A DNA stretch of 64,000 nt from a bacterium (GTDB taxonomy: Bacteria > Myxococcota_A > UBA9160 > UBA4427). Under the pieces are notes generated by a model that saw only the letters and a list, made by a program, of their open reading frames with translations, was not told where the DNA came from and did not search any database. The position numbers and the translations under genes were made by a program. How positions within the stretch are numbered: position 1 is the first letter of the stretch; each line of letters opens with the position of its first letter. The stretch lies in the NCBI GenBank assembly GCA_031413515.1, contig JANOFF010000112.1, forward strand, positions 3,753 through 67,752, written 5' to 3'. Positions 45,048 through 55,270 of this stretch are shown here, piece by piece.

Positions 45048-46036
45048 CAGAACTGGATCCTCCGACCGAGATTCCTGAGCCGCACCACGGTCGTGTAGAC
45101 CCGTCGCCGGAAGCCGTCGTTGACGGGGGCGGCGGCGACTCGATTCTCGGTGATGATCGGATTTCCCGTCGTGAGTTCCTGGTCCGGTCGTGGCGTGCGC
45201 ATCACGACGCTCAGACGGACCTCACGCAGATTCGCCGCATTGGTTCCGAGCGCGGCGTAGTCGGCGGAGACTCCGTCGCCGAGGTACTCGCCGGCGTCGA
45301 CTACGTTGTCGGCGTCGGCATCGATGAACCACGCCACCTGGAGATCTTCGACGTTCTCCGCCAGCTGGAACGGGCCGCGGAAGAGTCGGCCTGAGTTGTC
45401 CACCGCGTATTCGGTCGCCGGCACGGCGATCAAGCTGGGGGTCAGCATTCCGACCACGACCGCCGAGAGCGCGCCCGCTTCGAGGTTCACGCGCAACAGG
45501 TTCGGCGGCGTGACGCCGGTGATCGTCCCGCACGCGCTGCCGCGGGCTGGATTGCTCTGGTCCGCGATGATCACCCCACCGCCGAGCGCGAAGTCGCTGT
45601 CGGGAACGGCGTCGCCGTCCGTGTCGTAGGCGGGAGCCGGTGTGGCTTCCTCGAGCACCAGCGAGTCGACCACGAAGAAGGATGTGAGGGGCAGGTTGAC
45701 CGCGCCGATCAGAGTCGCCCCGAGTCGTGGATCGAGATCGACGCCTGGAATGACGGTCTCCCAGTCGGTCACCCAGAAGCGATCGGGCGCGTTGGTGTTG
45801 TCGACGCCGCACATCGCGGCCGAGTCGGCGACCATCATGCCGGTGTGCCGCAGGTCGCGTTCGATGATGTCGGCGATCTGACGCGCGGCCTGCTGGACCT
45901 CGACCGTATCGTCGATCGATGCAGCCTTCTTCTGGCTCGAAACCATCGTGCCGAAAACGAACACCAGCACCACACCCATGATGGTGGTGGCGATCAGGAG
46001 TTCGACCAGAGTGAAGGCCTGGCTGCGGCGGATCAT
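45047..46036 (-). CDS. pilW: PilW-like type IV minor pilin
   Basis: Class III leader MIRRSQA/FTLVELLIATTIMG with Glu+5. Size and gene order fit pilW. Confidence 0.8.
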   Translation of the reverse strand: MIRRSQAFTLVELLIATTIMGVVLVFVFGTMVSSQKKAASIDDTVEVQQAARQIADIIERDLRHTGMMVADSAAMCGVDNTNAPDRFWVTDWETVIPGVDLDPRLGATLIGAVNLPLTSFFVVDSLVLEEATPAPAYDTDGDAVPDSDFALGGGVIIADQSNPARGSACGTITGVTPPNLLRVNLEAGALSAVVVGMLTPSLIAVPATEYAVDNSGRLFRGPFQLAENVEDLQVAWFIDADADNVVDAGEYLGDGVSADYAALGTNAANLREVRLSVVMRTPRPDQELTTGNPIITENRVAAAPVNDGFRRRVYTTVVRLRNLGRRIQF

Positions 46037-46477
46037 CTAGAGAGCCTCGTGGTTGTGCCGGATCGTCGAGAGGGTGACGCTGCGGGCGCGTCCGTTCGCC
46101 TCGGTCCAGTTCACGCGCACGTCGATCGCGCGGGTCACGTTCGGGGTGAGCGTCGTGATGCGCCACGAGATCGCGTACGGCTGGTCGACGTCGGCGCGCT
46201 GCTGGACCTGATCCGCCGCGATCGGAGCCGTCCAGGCGGTGGCGGGAATGTTCGGCCACGTGGCGCGCTGCAACTGTTCGAGTTGCGAGGCAGCCAGGCT
46301 CGTCGCCTGAGTCAGGTGTCGCCCGTTCTGGCCGCCCTGCATGGACTGGATCTGCACACTCGCCATGCTGAGCAGACCACCGGCCAGGATCAGCATGGTG
46401 ATCAAGACTTCGACCAGCGTCATGCCGGCGCGACGTCGTCGCAGGAGGTTGTGGTCCACGGGATTCACTCCGGTCAC
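46037..46477 (-). CDS. pilV: PilV-like type IV minor pilin
   Basis: ..RRRRAG/MTLVEVLITMLILAGGLL.. prepilin-type N-terminal cleavage/methylation motif. Confidence 0.8.
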   Translation of the reverse strand: MTGVNPVDHNLLRRRRAGMTLVEVLITMLILAGGLLSMASVQIQSMQGGQNGRHLTQATSLAASQLEQLQRATWPNIPATAWTAPIAADQVQQRADVDQPYAISWRITTLTPNVTRAIDVRVNWTEANGRARSVTLSTIRHNHEAL

Positions 46478-46481
46478 TGGA

Positions 46482-47156
46482 CTAGTTGGTCCAGGAGCTG
46501 GCAGCGCGATCCCAGCCGTGGGTGCGTACGGAGCCGAGGGCGCTCAGCACGACGGCCTGATCGCGATCGCCGTTCGTGAAGTAGATGGCGCCGTTGCCGC
46601 TGCCGACCGTCCCGGCGTTGCATCCGCTGTCGATCGCGACGGGCGTTCCATCGGAGCGGAACTGCACCCAGGTCGTGGCCGCACCGGCCGGTGTCACGAA
46701 GCTCGAGCCGGAGCTGTTGCTCGCGGCGCTCAGATCTCCCGGAGCCTTGGTGCCGGGCGCGAACGACTGACCCCAGCTGAGGGTGGTGTCGGGGGCGATG
46801 GTCCGGATGCTCTCACCCGCATCGATCTCGCAATTCTGGTTCGGGGATCCGGTCGGACCGTCGTCGAGGATCAGGACCGCGGCGACCGTGCCATCCACGT
46901 CCTCGAGCGGATTCCCGGCGACGTCGCCGGCGCCGCCGACGCGGAAGAAGACGACTTGATTACGACCGGTCCGGAGCGCGTCGCTGCGCGCGATCTGGAA
47001 CGCCGAGGCGACCGTGCGCGCCATGTCCGAGGCGTTCTGGTCGGTGACGTATCGGCGCGTGCCGGGAACCGCCATGCTCATCAGCACGCCCATCGTCGCG
47101 GTGATCACGACGATCTCGGCGAGCGTGTAGCCGGACTGGTGTCGGGTGGGGGTCAT
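46482..47156 (-). CDS. fimT: GspH/FimT-family minor (pseudo)pilin
   Basis: Start at ATG 47156 (MTPTRHQSG/YTLAEIVVITATMG). AGGAGG lies 7 nt upstream. First gene of the minor-pilin operon. Confidence 0.75.
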   Translation of the reverse strand: MTPTRHQSGYTLAEIVVITATMGVLMSMAVPGTRRYVTDQNASDMARTVASAFQIARSDALRTGRNQVVFFRVGGAGDVAGNPLEDVDGTVAAVLILDDGPTGSPNQNCEIDAGESIRTIAPDTTLSWGQSFAPGTKAPGDLSAASNSSGSSFVTPAGAATTWVQFRSDGTPVAIDSGCNAGTVGSGNGAIYFTNGDRDQAVVLSALGSVRTHGWDRAASSWTN

Positions 47157-47361
47157 GGGGAGCCTCCTGGATGCCAAGTCGTACGACCAGAACATCGGAA
47201 AAGGTCTTGATCTTCTTGAGCTTTCCGCATTATTTGCGGGGTACGAAACAGGTTGCGAGGGGCCGGTCTCGGGGGACCCGATCCGCGCGGTTGGAGGCGG
47301 TGCCTGCCTGCGAATGGAGGGGATCGCCCTGCAGTCCAGTGCGGGGTTTCGCGCCTTCGCG

Positions 47362-47961
47362 CTACAGCAGGACCATGTGCTGGACCATCAGCAGGCCGTA
47401 GACGGCGAGCAGGACGAGGGCAGCCCGGCGCGCGATCCGGAACGTTTTGTGGATCAGGAGGGCGCCGATGCAGAGGGCGATCACGAAGATCTTCTCGAGC
47501 AGGAACCAGATCGGGCCCCACTGGATCAGCCGATCCATCAGGGGGTTCAGCTCCACCGCGCCGTGGGCGAGGTGATGCAGGGTCAGTCCCGCATCGAGGA
47601 CGTTCAGACCGAAGATCAGGGCCGCCAGGATCACGTCGCCCGCCAGATACACGTCGACGTAGATGTTGCGGCTCTCGCTCGCGCGGCGGCCGCGAGCCCG
47701 GCGTCGATGGCCGAGCAGAGAGTCGAACCAGCGAGTGGGGCGGTCGCGGCGATCCGGACCGGTTCGGCGCTCGATGCTCGGCCAGACGGGCTGCTCGAGG
47801 CAAAGCGACTCGTCGCCGGACGCCCCGCTTCCGGTCGAACTGCCCGATCGGATGGGTTCAGCGAGCGAAGAGGTCGGCGACCCGTGAATCGGTGCTGGCC
47901 GACCTTGCCCGGGTGCGGGCCCAGTCGCGCAAGTCCTTGATCCTGTCCTCGTAGGTGTCAT
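47362..47961 (-). CDS. DUF5658-like small membrane protein with an Arg-rich disordered N-terminus
   Basis: The C-terminal ~95 aa read ..ILAALIFGLNVLDAGLTLHHLAHGAVELNPLMDRL.., followed by 2 more TM helices. The only start codon in frame is ATG 47961, which overlaps the upstream AAA+ gene by 104 nt. Confidence 0.5.
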   Translation of the reverse strand: MTPTRTGSRTCATGPAPGQGRPAPIHGSPTSSLAEPIRSGSSTGSGASGDESLCLEQPVWPSIERRTGPDRRDRPTRWFDSLLGHRRRARGRRASESRNIYVDVYLAGDVILAALIFGLNVLDAGLTLHHLAHGAVELNPLMDRLIQWGPIWFLLEKIFVIALCIGALLIHKTFRIARRAALVLLAVYGLLMVQHMVLL

Positions 47962-49333
47962 ACAGCGGAATCGTCTCGTGGATGGCGTTCAGAAGGTCGT
48001 TGTCCGTCAGTTCGCGGCCCTCGGCGAATGCGGAATAGAGGCCCGCACTGACGACCTGTTCCAGTTCGCCTCCGGAGAGGCGTTCGGCCTCCTCGGCGAG
48101 TTGCTCGAGCTGGAACTGCTTCGGATCGCGGTCGCGCTTGCGCAGGTGGATGGCCAGGATCTCGGTGCGTTCGGCGGTGGTCGGCAGATCGACGAAGAAG
48201 AGTTCGTCGAATCGGCCACGCCGCAGCAGTTCGGGAGGCAGGCCCGCCACCTCGTTCGCGGTCGCGACCACGAAGACCGGCTCGGTCTTCTCGGACAACC
48301 ACGTGAGGAACGATCCGAATACCCGGCTCGCATGCGGGTCGCGATCCGTCGCCGCGAATCCCTTCTCGATCTCGTCGATCCACAACACCGCGGGCGAAAT
48401 CGACTCGGCGACGTTGATCGCTTCCTTGATGGCTGCCTCCGGGCTCTGGGCTCCGCCGGCGAACACCGACGCCAGATCGAGTCGCAGCAGCGGAAAGCCC
48501 CATTCGACGGCAACCGACTTGGCGGAGAGGGACTTCCCGCAGCCCTGCACACCGAGCAGCAGCAGACCTCGCGGCAGCGGAAGTCCGAAGCTGCGGGCCT
48601 CCTCGCCGAACGCGCGGCGACGCTCACGGAGCCAGGATTTCAGCGCGTCGAGACCTCCGACGCGTTCGAGGCCCTCATCGGTGTCGTGGAACGCGAGGGC
48701 CGGTGTTCGCCGCAGAGCCAGACTCTTCTCGCGCACGATGTGCGAGGCCGTGACCGCACTCAGTCCGTCGCTCAGGGCGACGGCTTTCCGGAGCACGCGC
48801 ACTGCCTCGGCGGCGGTCAGGCCGAGGGCCGATCGCACGCACGCTCCCAGCCAGTCCGCATTCGCGGATGCGTCCGCCTGATCGAGGACGCGACTGAACA
48901 AAGCTTCGAGCTCGTCGGCCCGGGGCAGTGGCATCGCGACATGGCCGGCCTCCCGCACCAGTTCGACGGGCATCTCGATCACGGGCCCGACCATCACCAC
49001 CACCTGCTTTCGCTTGGCGAGCAGCGGCAGGAGGTCGCGGAGTTTTCGGGTCGTGATGGCGCAGCGCAGCGCCGCATGGGCATCCAGCAGGACGAAGATC
49101 GCCGGTTCGGAGATCTTCTTGATCGACTCGATCCCGTTCTCGAGTTCACCCGCGCCGTCGCCGCTGCCGGTGAACCCCGAGGCGCTCGTCCACACCATGG
49201 GTTTGCGCTCGAGTCCCTCGGCGACCCTCTCGATCACGCGCAGCGCGCGATCCTCTTCGAAGGTCTCGAACGAAACCAGTCTCCAGCCTGAGCGGATCAG
49301 GATCGCGAGATCCTGTGCGGGCCCCTGGCTCAT
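47858..49333 (-). CDS. Ycf46-like AAA+ ATPase
   Basis: Start at ATG 49333 (MSQGPAQDLAILIRSGWRLVSFETFEEDRAL..). Walker A GVQGCGKSLSAK, Walker B VLWIDEIEK, ..RRGRFDELFFVDLP... Its ATG overlaps the GspE stop (ATGA). Confidence 0.85.
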   Translation of the reverse strand: MSQGPAQDLAILIRSGWRLVSFETFEEDRALRVIERVAEGLERKPMVWTSASGFTGSGDGAGELENGIESIKKISEPAIFVLLDAHAALRCAITTRKLRDLLPLLAKRKQVVVMVGPVIEMPVELVREAGHVAMPLPRADELEALFSRVLDQADASANADWLGACVRSALGLTAAEAVRVLRKAVALSDGLSAVTASHIVREKSLALRRTPALAFHDTDEGLERVGGLDALKSWLRERRRAFGEEARSFGLPLPRGLLLLGVQGCGKSLSAKSVAVEWGFPLLRLDLASVFAGGAQSPEAAIKEAINVAESISPAVLWIDEIEKGFAATDRDPHASRVFGSFLTWLSEKTEPVFVVATANEVAGLPPELLRRGRFDELFFVDLPTTAERTEILAIHLRKRDRDPKQFQLEQLAEEAERLSGGELEQVVSAGLYSAFAEGRELTDNDLLNAIHETIPLYDTYEDRIKDLRDWARTRARSASTDSRVADLFAR

Positions 49334-51198
49334 GTGTTGTCCGCCGTGATGCGGATGACTTCTTCGAAGGTCGTGACACCTTCGGCAAGCCGTCGGATCG
49401 CGCACTCGCGCAGGCTCTTCATGCCCTCGATACGAGCGGCATCGGCGATTTCGTTGGCGTCGCGACCGTCACGGATCAGGGCCTGGACGCGCCGTCCGAC
49501 GTCGAGCATCTCGAAGACGCCGATGCGTCCGTAGAGCCCGGTGTGGCGACACTCGGGGCATCCCTGGCCCGATCGGACGGGCAGTTGCTCGCGCCGTTCG
49601 ACCGGAACCTTGATGCCGAGCGCCGCGACCTGGTCGGGGGTGAGTCGTCCGTCCACCCCGCAGTTCGCGCAGATCTTGCGGACCAGCCGCTGTGCCAGCA
49701 CGCCGCGCAGCACACTCGACAGCAGGAAGGGCTCGACGCCGAGTTCGGTCAATCGGGTGATGGCGCCCGCGGCGTCGCGGGTATGCACGGTCGAGAAGAC
49801 GAGATGTCCGGTCAGGGCGGCCTGCACCGCCATGGCGGCGGTCTCCGCGTCACGGATCTCGCCCACCATGATGATGTCGGGATCCTGACGCAGGATCGTG
49901 CGCAGGGCGTGGGCGAACGTCACGTCGATCTGTCGCTGCACCTGCACCTGGCAGAAGCGCGCATCGATCAGTTCGATCGGATCCTCGACGGTGGTGATGT
50001 TGATCTCGGGTCCGGAGAGGTAGCGGAGCGTCGAGTAGAGACTGGTCGTCTTGCCCGATCCGGTCGGGCCGGTGACGAGGATCAGACCCGACGGCGAGGT
50101 GATCCAGCCCTCGAAGCGCTCGCGCTCGGAGGGCGTGAATCCGAGCTCGTGCAGCTCGGCCAGGAGCACGTTTGGATCGAAGACACGGATCACCACCTTC
50201 TCGCCGAACGCCGTCGCCATGCTGGAGACGCGCAGTTCGACCTCCTGCTCGCCTCGATGCGTCTTGATGCGACCGTCCTGCGGTCTGCGGCGCTCGGCGA
50301 TGTCCATGCGCGCCAGCACCTTGATGCGCGACGTGATGGCACCGTGGACGCTGAGCGGGAGGGACTCGATCTCGTGCAGGATGCCGTCGATCCGGAAGCG
50401 GATCGAGGCTCCGCCGGCTTTGGGCTCGAGGTGGATGTCCGAGGCTCGCTGATCGAACGCGAATTTGAGCAGATAGTCGACGGCGGCGATCACGTGCTCG
50501 TCGCTCGACGCAGCGAGCTGTTCGTTGCTGCGCAGCTCGACGAGTTCGACGAGAGCCGTCTGGCCACCGCCGGGCGCGAGCTCCTGCGAGGCCTTGTCGA
50601 CCTTCGAACGGAAGCCATGGACCCGCTCGAGGATCGCGAGGATGTCCTTCTTGCTCGAGACCACGTAACTGACCGGACCGTCGAGCGTCGACTCGATCGA
50701 TTCGCGCAGGGCGCTGTCGAAGGGATCGGTGATCGCGAGTTCGAGGAGCGGGCCCTCCCGGCGGACGGGCATCACGACGTGCCGGTGCGAATAGGCCCGC
50801 GACAGCGTGGAGGTGATCAGTTTGTTGTCGAGCTTCAGCGGATCGATCTTCAGGTACGGATACATCGACGCTTCGGCGATCACCTGGGCGATCGCCTCCT
50901 CGTCGAGCTTCCGGCGAGGCGAGGTCGGATGCGGATGATTGGCGGCCGAGATGATCTCGGCGGGCGAGACGTCGTAGCGGGCAGCGGCCTGCGACCTCAC
51001 GCTGCCGACCTTCTCCTTGAGGACCTGACTCCGCAGCGTCATGGTGCGCGCTTCGATGTCGTTCGCCTGGGAGTTGGTCAGCAGCTTCGCCTTGACGAGC
51101 AGTTCGGCGAGCTCGGTGAGCGATAGCGGCGGACGCAGTTCGCTGCGGTCCTGGAGTTGATCGGGATCGGGGAGTCGAGGCGAGTCGGAATGGCCCAT
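49330..51198 (-). CDS. GspE/PilB-family type II/IV secretion (pilus extension-type) ATPase
   Basis: Start at ATG 51198 (MGHSDSPRL..). T2SSE_N-like N-domains, Walker A GPTGSGKTTSL, ..IMVGEIRD.., and the tetracysteine CANC...CPEC. Confidence 0.9.
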   Translation of the reverse strand: MGHSDSPRLPDPDQLQDRSELRPPLSLTELAELLVKAKLLTNSQANDIEARTMTLRSQVLKEKVGSVRSQAAARYDVSPAEIISAANHPHPTSPRRKLDEEAIAQVIAEASMYPYLKIDPLKLDNKLITSTLSRAYSHRHVVMPVRREGPLLELAITDPFDSALRESIESTLDGPVSYVVSSKKDILAILERVHGFRSKVDKASQELAPGGGQTALVELVELRSNEQLAASSDEHVIAAVDYLLKFAFDQRASDIHLEPKAGGASIRFRIDGILHEIESLPLSVHGAITSRIKVLARMDIAERRRPQDGRIKTHRGEQEVELRVSSMATAFGEKVVIRVFDPNVLLAELHELGFTPSERERFEGWITSPSGLILVTGPTGSGKTTSLYSTLRYLSGPEINITTVEDPIELIDARFCQVQVQRQIDVTFAHALRTILRQDPDIIMVGEIRDAETAAMAVQAALTGHLVFSTVHTRDAAGAITRLTELGVEPFLLSSVLRGVLAQRLVRKICANCGVDGRLTPDQVAALGIKVPVERREQLPVRSGQGCPECRHTGLYGRIGVFEMLDVGRRVQALIRDGRDANEIADAARIEGMKSLRECAIRRLAEGVTTFEEVIRITADNT

Positions 51199-51324
51199 AC
51201 GTCCGGTCGTATCGGCCGGCGCGGAGAAATCACAACAGCTTGTTGACTCGTCTGGCCTGCCGCCCGCTGGGACACATTGCAGCCCCACTGGAATCCGATC
51301 CGCCCGCGGGTCCTGCTTCTATAT

Positions 51325-51348
51325 ATGGATATGGACATGGAGATGGTT
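51325..51348. repeat. Four tandem hexamers ATGGAT ATGGAC ATGGAG ATGGTT in the region upstream of the GspE-like gene
   Basis: Read directly. They sit almost centrally between inverted ACATTGCAG arms at 51274-51282 and 51357-51365. Confidence 0.5.
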
Positions 51349-51400
51349 CCCGGGCACTGCAATGTCGCTCGCCCGGCTCGTGGTCGGGCGGGGCGTCGCG

Positions 51401-52461
<1,061 letters not shown>

Positions 52462-52465
<4 letters not shown>

Positions 52466-53139
52466 GAGCGCGCTCCGTACTGGACCCATGTCAGCAGCCC
52501 GGCGAGGGTCAACATCAGCCCGACGAGGATCGCCGCGAGCGCGTAGGCGGATTCGAACAGACCCATGTTCGTATACATCAGGATCGCGGTCGTCAGCACG
52601 CGCGTCTCGCCCTCGAGGTTTCCCCCGGTCTGCATCACGGCGCCGACTTCGGACAGGATGCCACCGAGAGCCGCGATCACGGCAGCGAGCAGCCCGAGCC
52701 GGATCTCGCGCAGCAGCAGCCACGTGCGCCAGCGCGCGGAGATGCCCAGCGTGCGGACCTGCAGCTCCCAGTCGACATCGAGCGCCGATACGGCCGCGAT
52801 CACCAGCGCGACGATCAGCGGCAGGGCGATCAGCACCTGCGCGGTCACCATCGCCTCGACGGAGTACCAGAGTTCGAGCCGACCGAGCAGACCGTTGCGG
52901 AAGAACATCTGCGCGACGATCAGACCCACGACGATCGGTGGTGCGCCCATGCCCGAATTGATCACGCCGAGCAGGGCACGCCGACCGGGGAACTGACGTC
53001 GACCGAGTGCGATCCCGATCGGAACCCCGATCGCCAGGGCGATCAGCAGCGCGGTCAGGCAGACCGACAGCGTGCGAAGCGTGATCTCGAGCAGGTCGCT
53101 GCTGTGGAGTTCGTGCAACTGCTCACTCCCCGGAGCCAC
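52462..53139 (-). CDS. tupB: ABC transporter permease (TupB-like)
   Basis: 225 aa with about 5 TM helices. Positioned between the binding protein and the ATPase. Confidence 0.8.
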
Positions 53140-53962
53140 CTAGCGGATCGAACAATCGTTGCCCGAATCGCTGGAGGCCGAACTGGCCGATGCGCATCTG
53201 CGTGTCGGGGCGCTCGAGATAGGCGATGAATTCGTCGGCTTCGGCGGCGTGAACGCGGGGATGCTTCGCGGGGCTGACGCGCAGCACCGAGTAGACGTTG
53301 CGAAGTGAAGGATCCTGCCCGGTCATGGCTTCGAGGCCCGTCTCCTTCTTGAATGCGAGGAAGCTCCCGATGTCCGAAAGGATGTAGGCCTGCTTCTGGC
53401 CGGCGACCTGCAGCGAAAGCCCCATCCCCGCGCCGGTCCGGGTGTAGGCGGGCCAGCGCTCGTCCGGATCGAGTCCTGCCTCGCGGAACAGTTCGACCTC
53501 GCGCTTGTGGGTGCCCGAGTCGTCGGCCCGGCTGACGAAGGGCGCCTTGGCGGCCTGGATCTTCTTGATCCCCTCGATTGCCGATCCGGCTGCGCGCACA
53601 CCGACGGGATCGGAGGCCGCGCCCGCCAGCACGAAGTAGTTCTGCATGATCTCGACCCGTCGGTCGACGGCGCCGGACTGCAGCAGCGCCTTCTCCGAGT
53701 CGGGTGCGTGGGTGAGGAGCGCATCGGCGTTCCCCTCGGCGCCCATCCGCAGCGCGGCCCCGGTTCCGACCGCGACGACCTGCACCTCGATGCCGGTGGC
53801 TTCAGTGAACGTCGGCAGCAGACTTTCGAGCAGCCCCGTGTCCTGCACGCTGGTCGTGGTGGCGAGCAGCAGGGTGCGGGACTCTTCGGCACGGGCCGCC
53901 CCCGCTGCGTTCAGTGAGGATGTCAGGGCGAGCAGAAGCGCGAGGATTCGATGTCGGCTCAT
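53123..53962 (-). CDS. tupA: Periplasmic tungstate-binding protein (TupA family)
   Basis: Signal peptide, then ..LLLATTTSVQDTGLLESLLPTFTEATGIEVQVVAVGTGAALRMGAEGNADALLTHAP.., which matches the TupA TTTS...GTG...H pattern. Confidence 0.8.
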   Translation of the reverse strand: MSRHRILALLLALTSSLNAAGAARAEESRTLLLATTTSVQDTGLLESLLPTFTEATGIEVQVVAVGTGAALRMGAEGNADALLTHAPDSEKALLQSGAVDRRVEIMQNYFVLAGAASDPVGVRAAGSAIEGIKKIQAAKAPFVSRADDSGTHKREVELFREAGLDPDERWPAYTRTGAGMGLSLQVAGQKQAYILSDIGSFLAFKKETGLEAMTGQDPSLRNVYSVLRVSPAKHPRVHAAEADEFIAYLERPDTQMRIGQFGLQRFGQRLFDPLGGSGE

Positions 53963-55110
53963 TGTGTCTCTCGAGTCAGCGTGATGATCTCGGCGTGGGG
54001 CGTCTCGATCTCTCCGTCTGGCAGCATGAAGCGCCAGAACACGAGGCCGAACGGACGCCCCTCGGTGTCGAGCCAGTTGGGAACGCCCGGATCCCGATGC
54101 GCGATCACGATGCGGAATCGGCCCTCCGCGTCGAGGCGGGTCTGCGCTCGATTCAAACAGACGGACCGGGTCGCATAGTCATACGTCTGCATGTGTCGAT
54201 TCCAGAGCGAGACGTTCGCGCAGCGGCATTTCGGCCAGCGGCCAGTGATGACGAGCGCCTGATCGGGCCCGAGCACATACGGGGCCATCGAGTACGCGGC
54301 ATCCGCCGCGGCGAGCGTGAAGTCACCGGGCTTGATGGGCGGCGGGAACTGGTTCGGCGTCGTCGACACGAATGCCGGTTGTTCACGTTCGCCCGGTGGT
54401 GGCAACTCGAGGGTGCGACTGCGGACGAAGTTCGCGACGCGTCGGATGCCTGCGGCGATCGTCGCGTCGTCCGGAACGGGGGCCCGTCCCGTCGGTTCGA
54501 TCGGGCTGATCTCGAGATGGACCGAGATGCTCTGGTCGGCCGCCGCGGGCGTCATGTTCTCGAAGTAGTGCCGGGTCGTGATGCGGGACGCATCGGCGGG
54601 CAGGGCGAGCCACCCGCGCTTTCGGGCAGGGCCGCCGACCATCACCTCGAAGCTCCCATCGGGTGCGATGTCGATCTGTTCGTCGTTCAGTACGCCGGCC
54701 GTATTGCTCCCGAAGCCGCCCTGCGCGATGCCGGCTTCGACGGTGAGAGACATGTAGACGGCTCCGGCGGTATTTCCGCGCACCCGGTACACGCGTGCGG
54801 GATCGACCGGCGTGTCGAAGTAGATCGCGTCGGCGTTGTCGCCCGTGAACTTGCGGGTGGGCGACACGATCTGACGGAATCGTGGATTCGCGGCGTCCTC
54901 CTCGAAGTACGTGAAGAGCCCGCCCTGCAGCAGATGCATGACCGAGCGCAAGCCGGTGGCGACGTCGCTCGACGAGCCGAGCCCCCATTTCGGTCCGAGA
55001 TAGCTCTCGTCGATCTCGCCGAGCAGTGCCAGCAATTCATGGAACGCCTTGCGGCTCTCGTTGACCACGCCCGACATGACGACCTCCTCCGTTGCCCGGT
55101 GGTCCGACAC
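53959..55110 (-). CDS. DUF1214-domain protein
   Basis: ..FTGDNADAIYFDTPVDP.. and C-terminal ..DPGVPNWLDTEGRPFGLVFWRFMLP... Its stop overlaps the tupA ATG (ATGA at 53959-53962). Alternative start at ATG 55077. Confidence 0.65.
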   Translation of the reverse strand: MSDHRATEEVVMSGVVNESRKAFHELLALLGEIDESYLGPKWGLGSSSDVATGLRSVMHLLQGGLFTYFEEDAANPRFRQIVSPTRKFTGDNADAIYFDTPVDPARVYRVRGNTAGAVYMSLTVEAGIAQGGFGSNTAGVLNDEQIDIAPDGSFEVMVGGPARKRGWLALPADASRITTRHYFENMTPAAADQSISVHLEISPIEPTGRAPVPDDATIAAGIRRVANFVRSRTLELPPPGEREQPAFVSTTPNQFPPPIKPGDFTLAAADAAYSMAPYVLGPDQALVITGRWPKCRCANVSLWNRHMQTYDYATRSVCLNRAQTRLDAEGRFRIVIAHRDPGVPNWLDTEGRPFGLVFWRFMLPDGEIETPHAEIITLTRETQ

Positions 55111-55270
55111 GATAGAGGCTTTGGACGGCCCGAGCCTCTCGCACAGCCTCGAATGCGCGGTCTGCCCGATCGTCGGATCGAGCGAGGTCGCGTACGATCT
55201 CAGTTCGTTCGCGGGTCGGCCCAGGTGGGACGACAGGACTTCCGTGGACTATCGATGAAAGGAATCGTGA

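Noticed and set aside
47157-47361. Sigma-54 promoter upstream of the minor-pilin operon (TGGCAT at about 47172).
   Set aside because: The TGGCAT is followed by CCAGGAGGCT rather than a TTGC element at the correct spacing. It also overlaps the AGGAGG Shine-Dalgarno site 7 nt from the start codon, so it is too close to be a promoter. I noted only the small palindrome CCGCA-ttatt-TGCGG (47225-47239).
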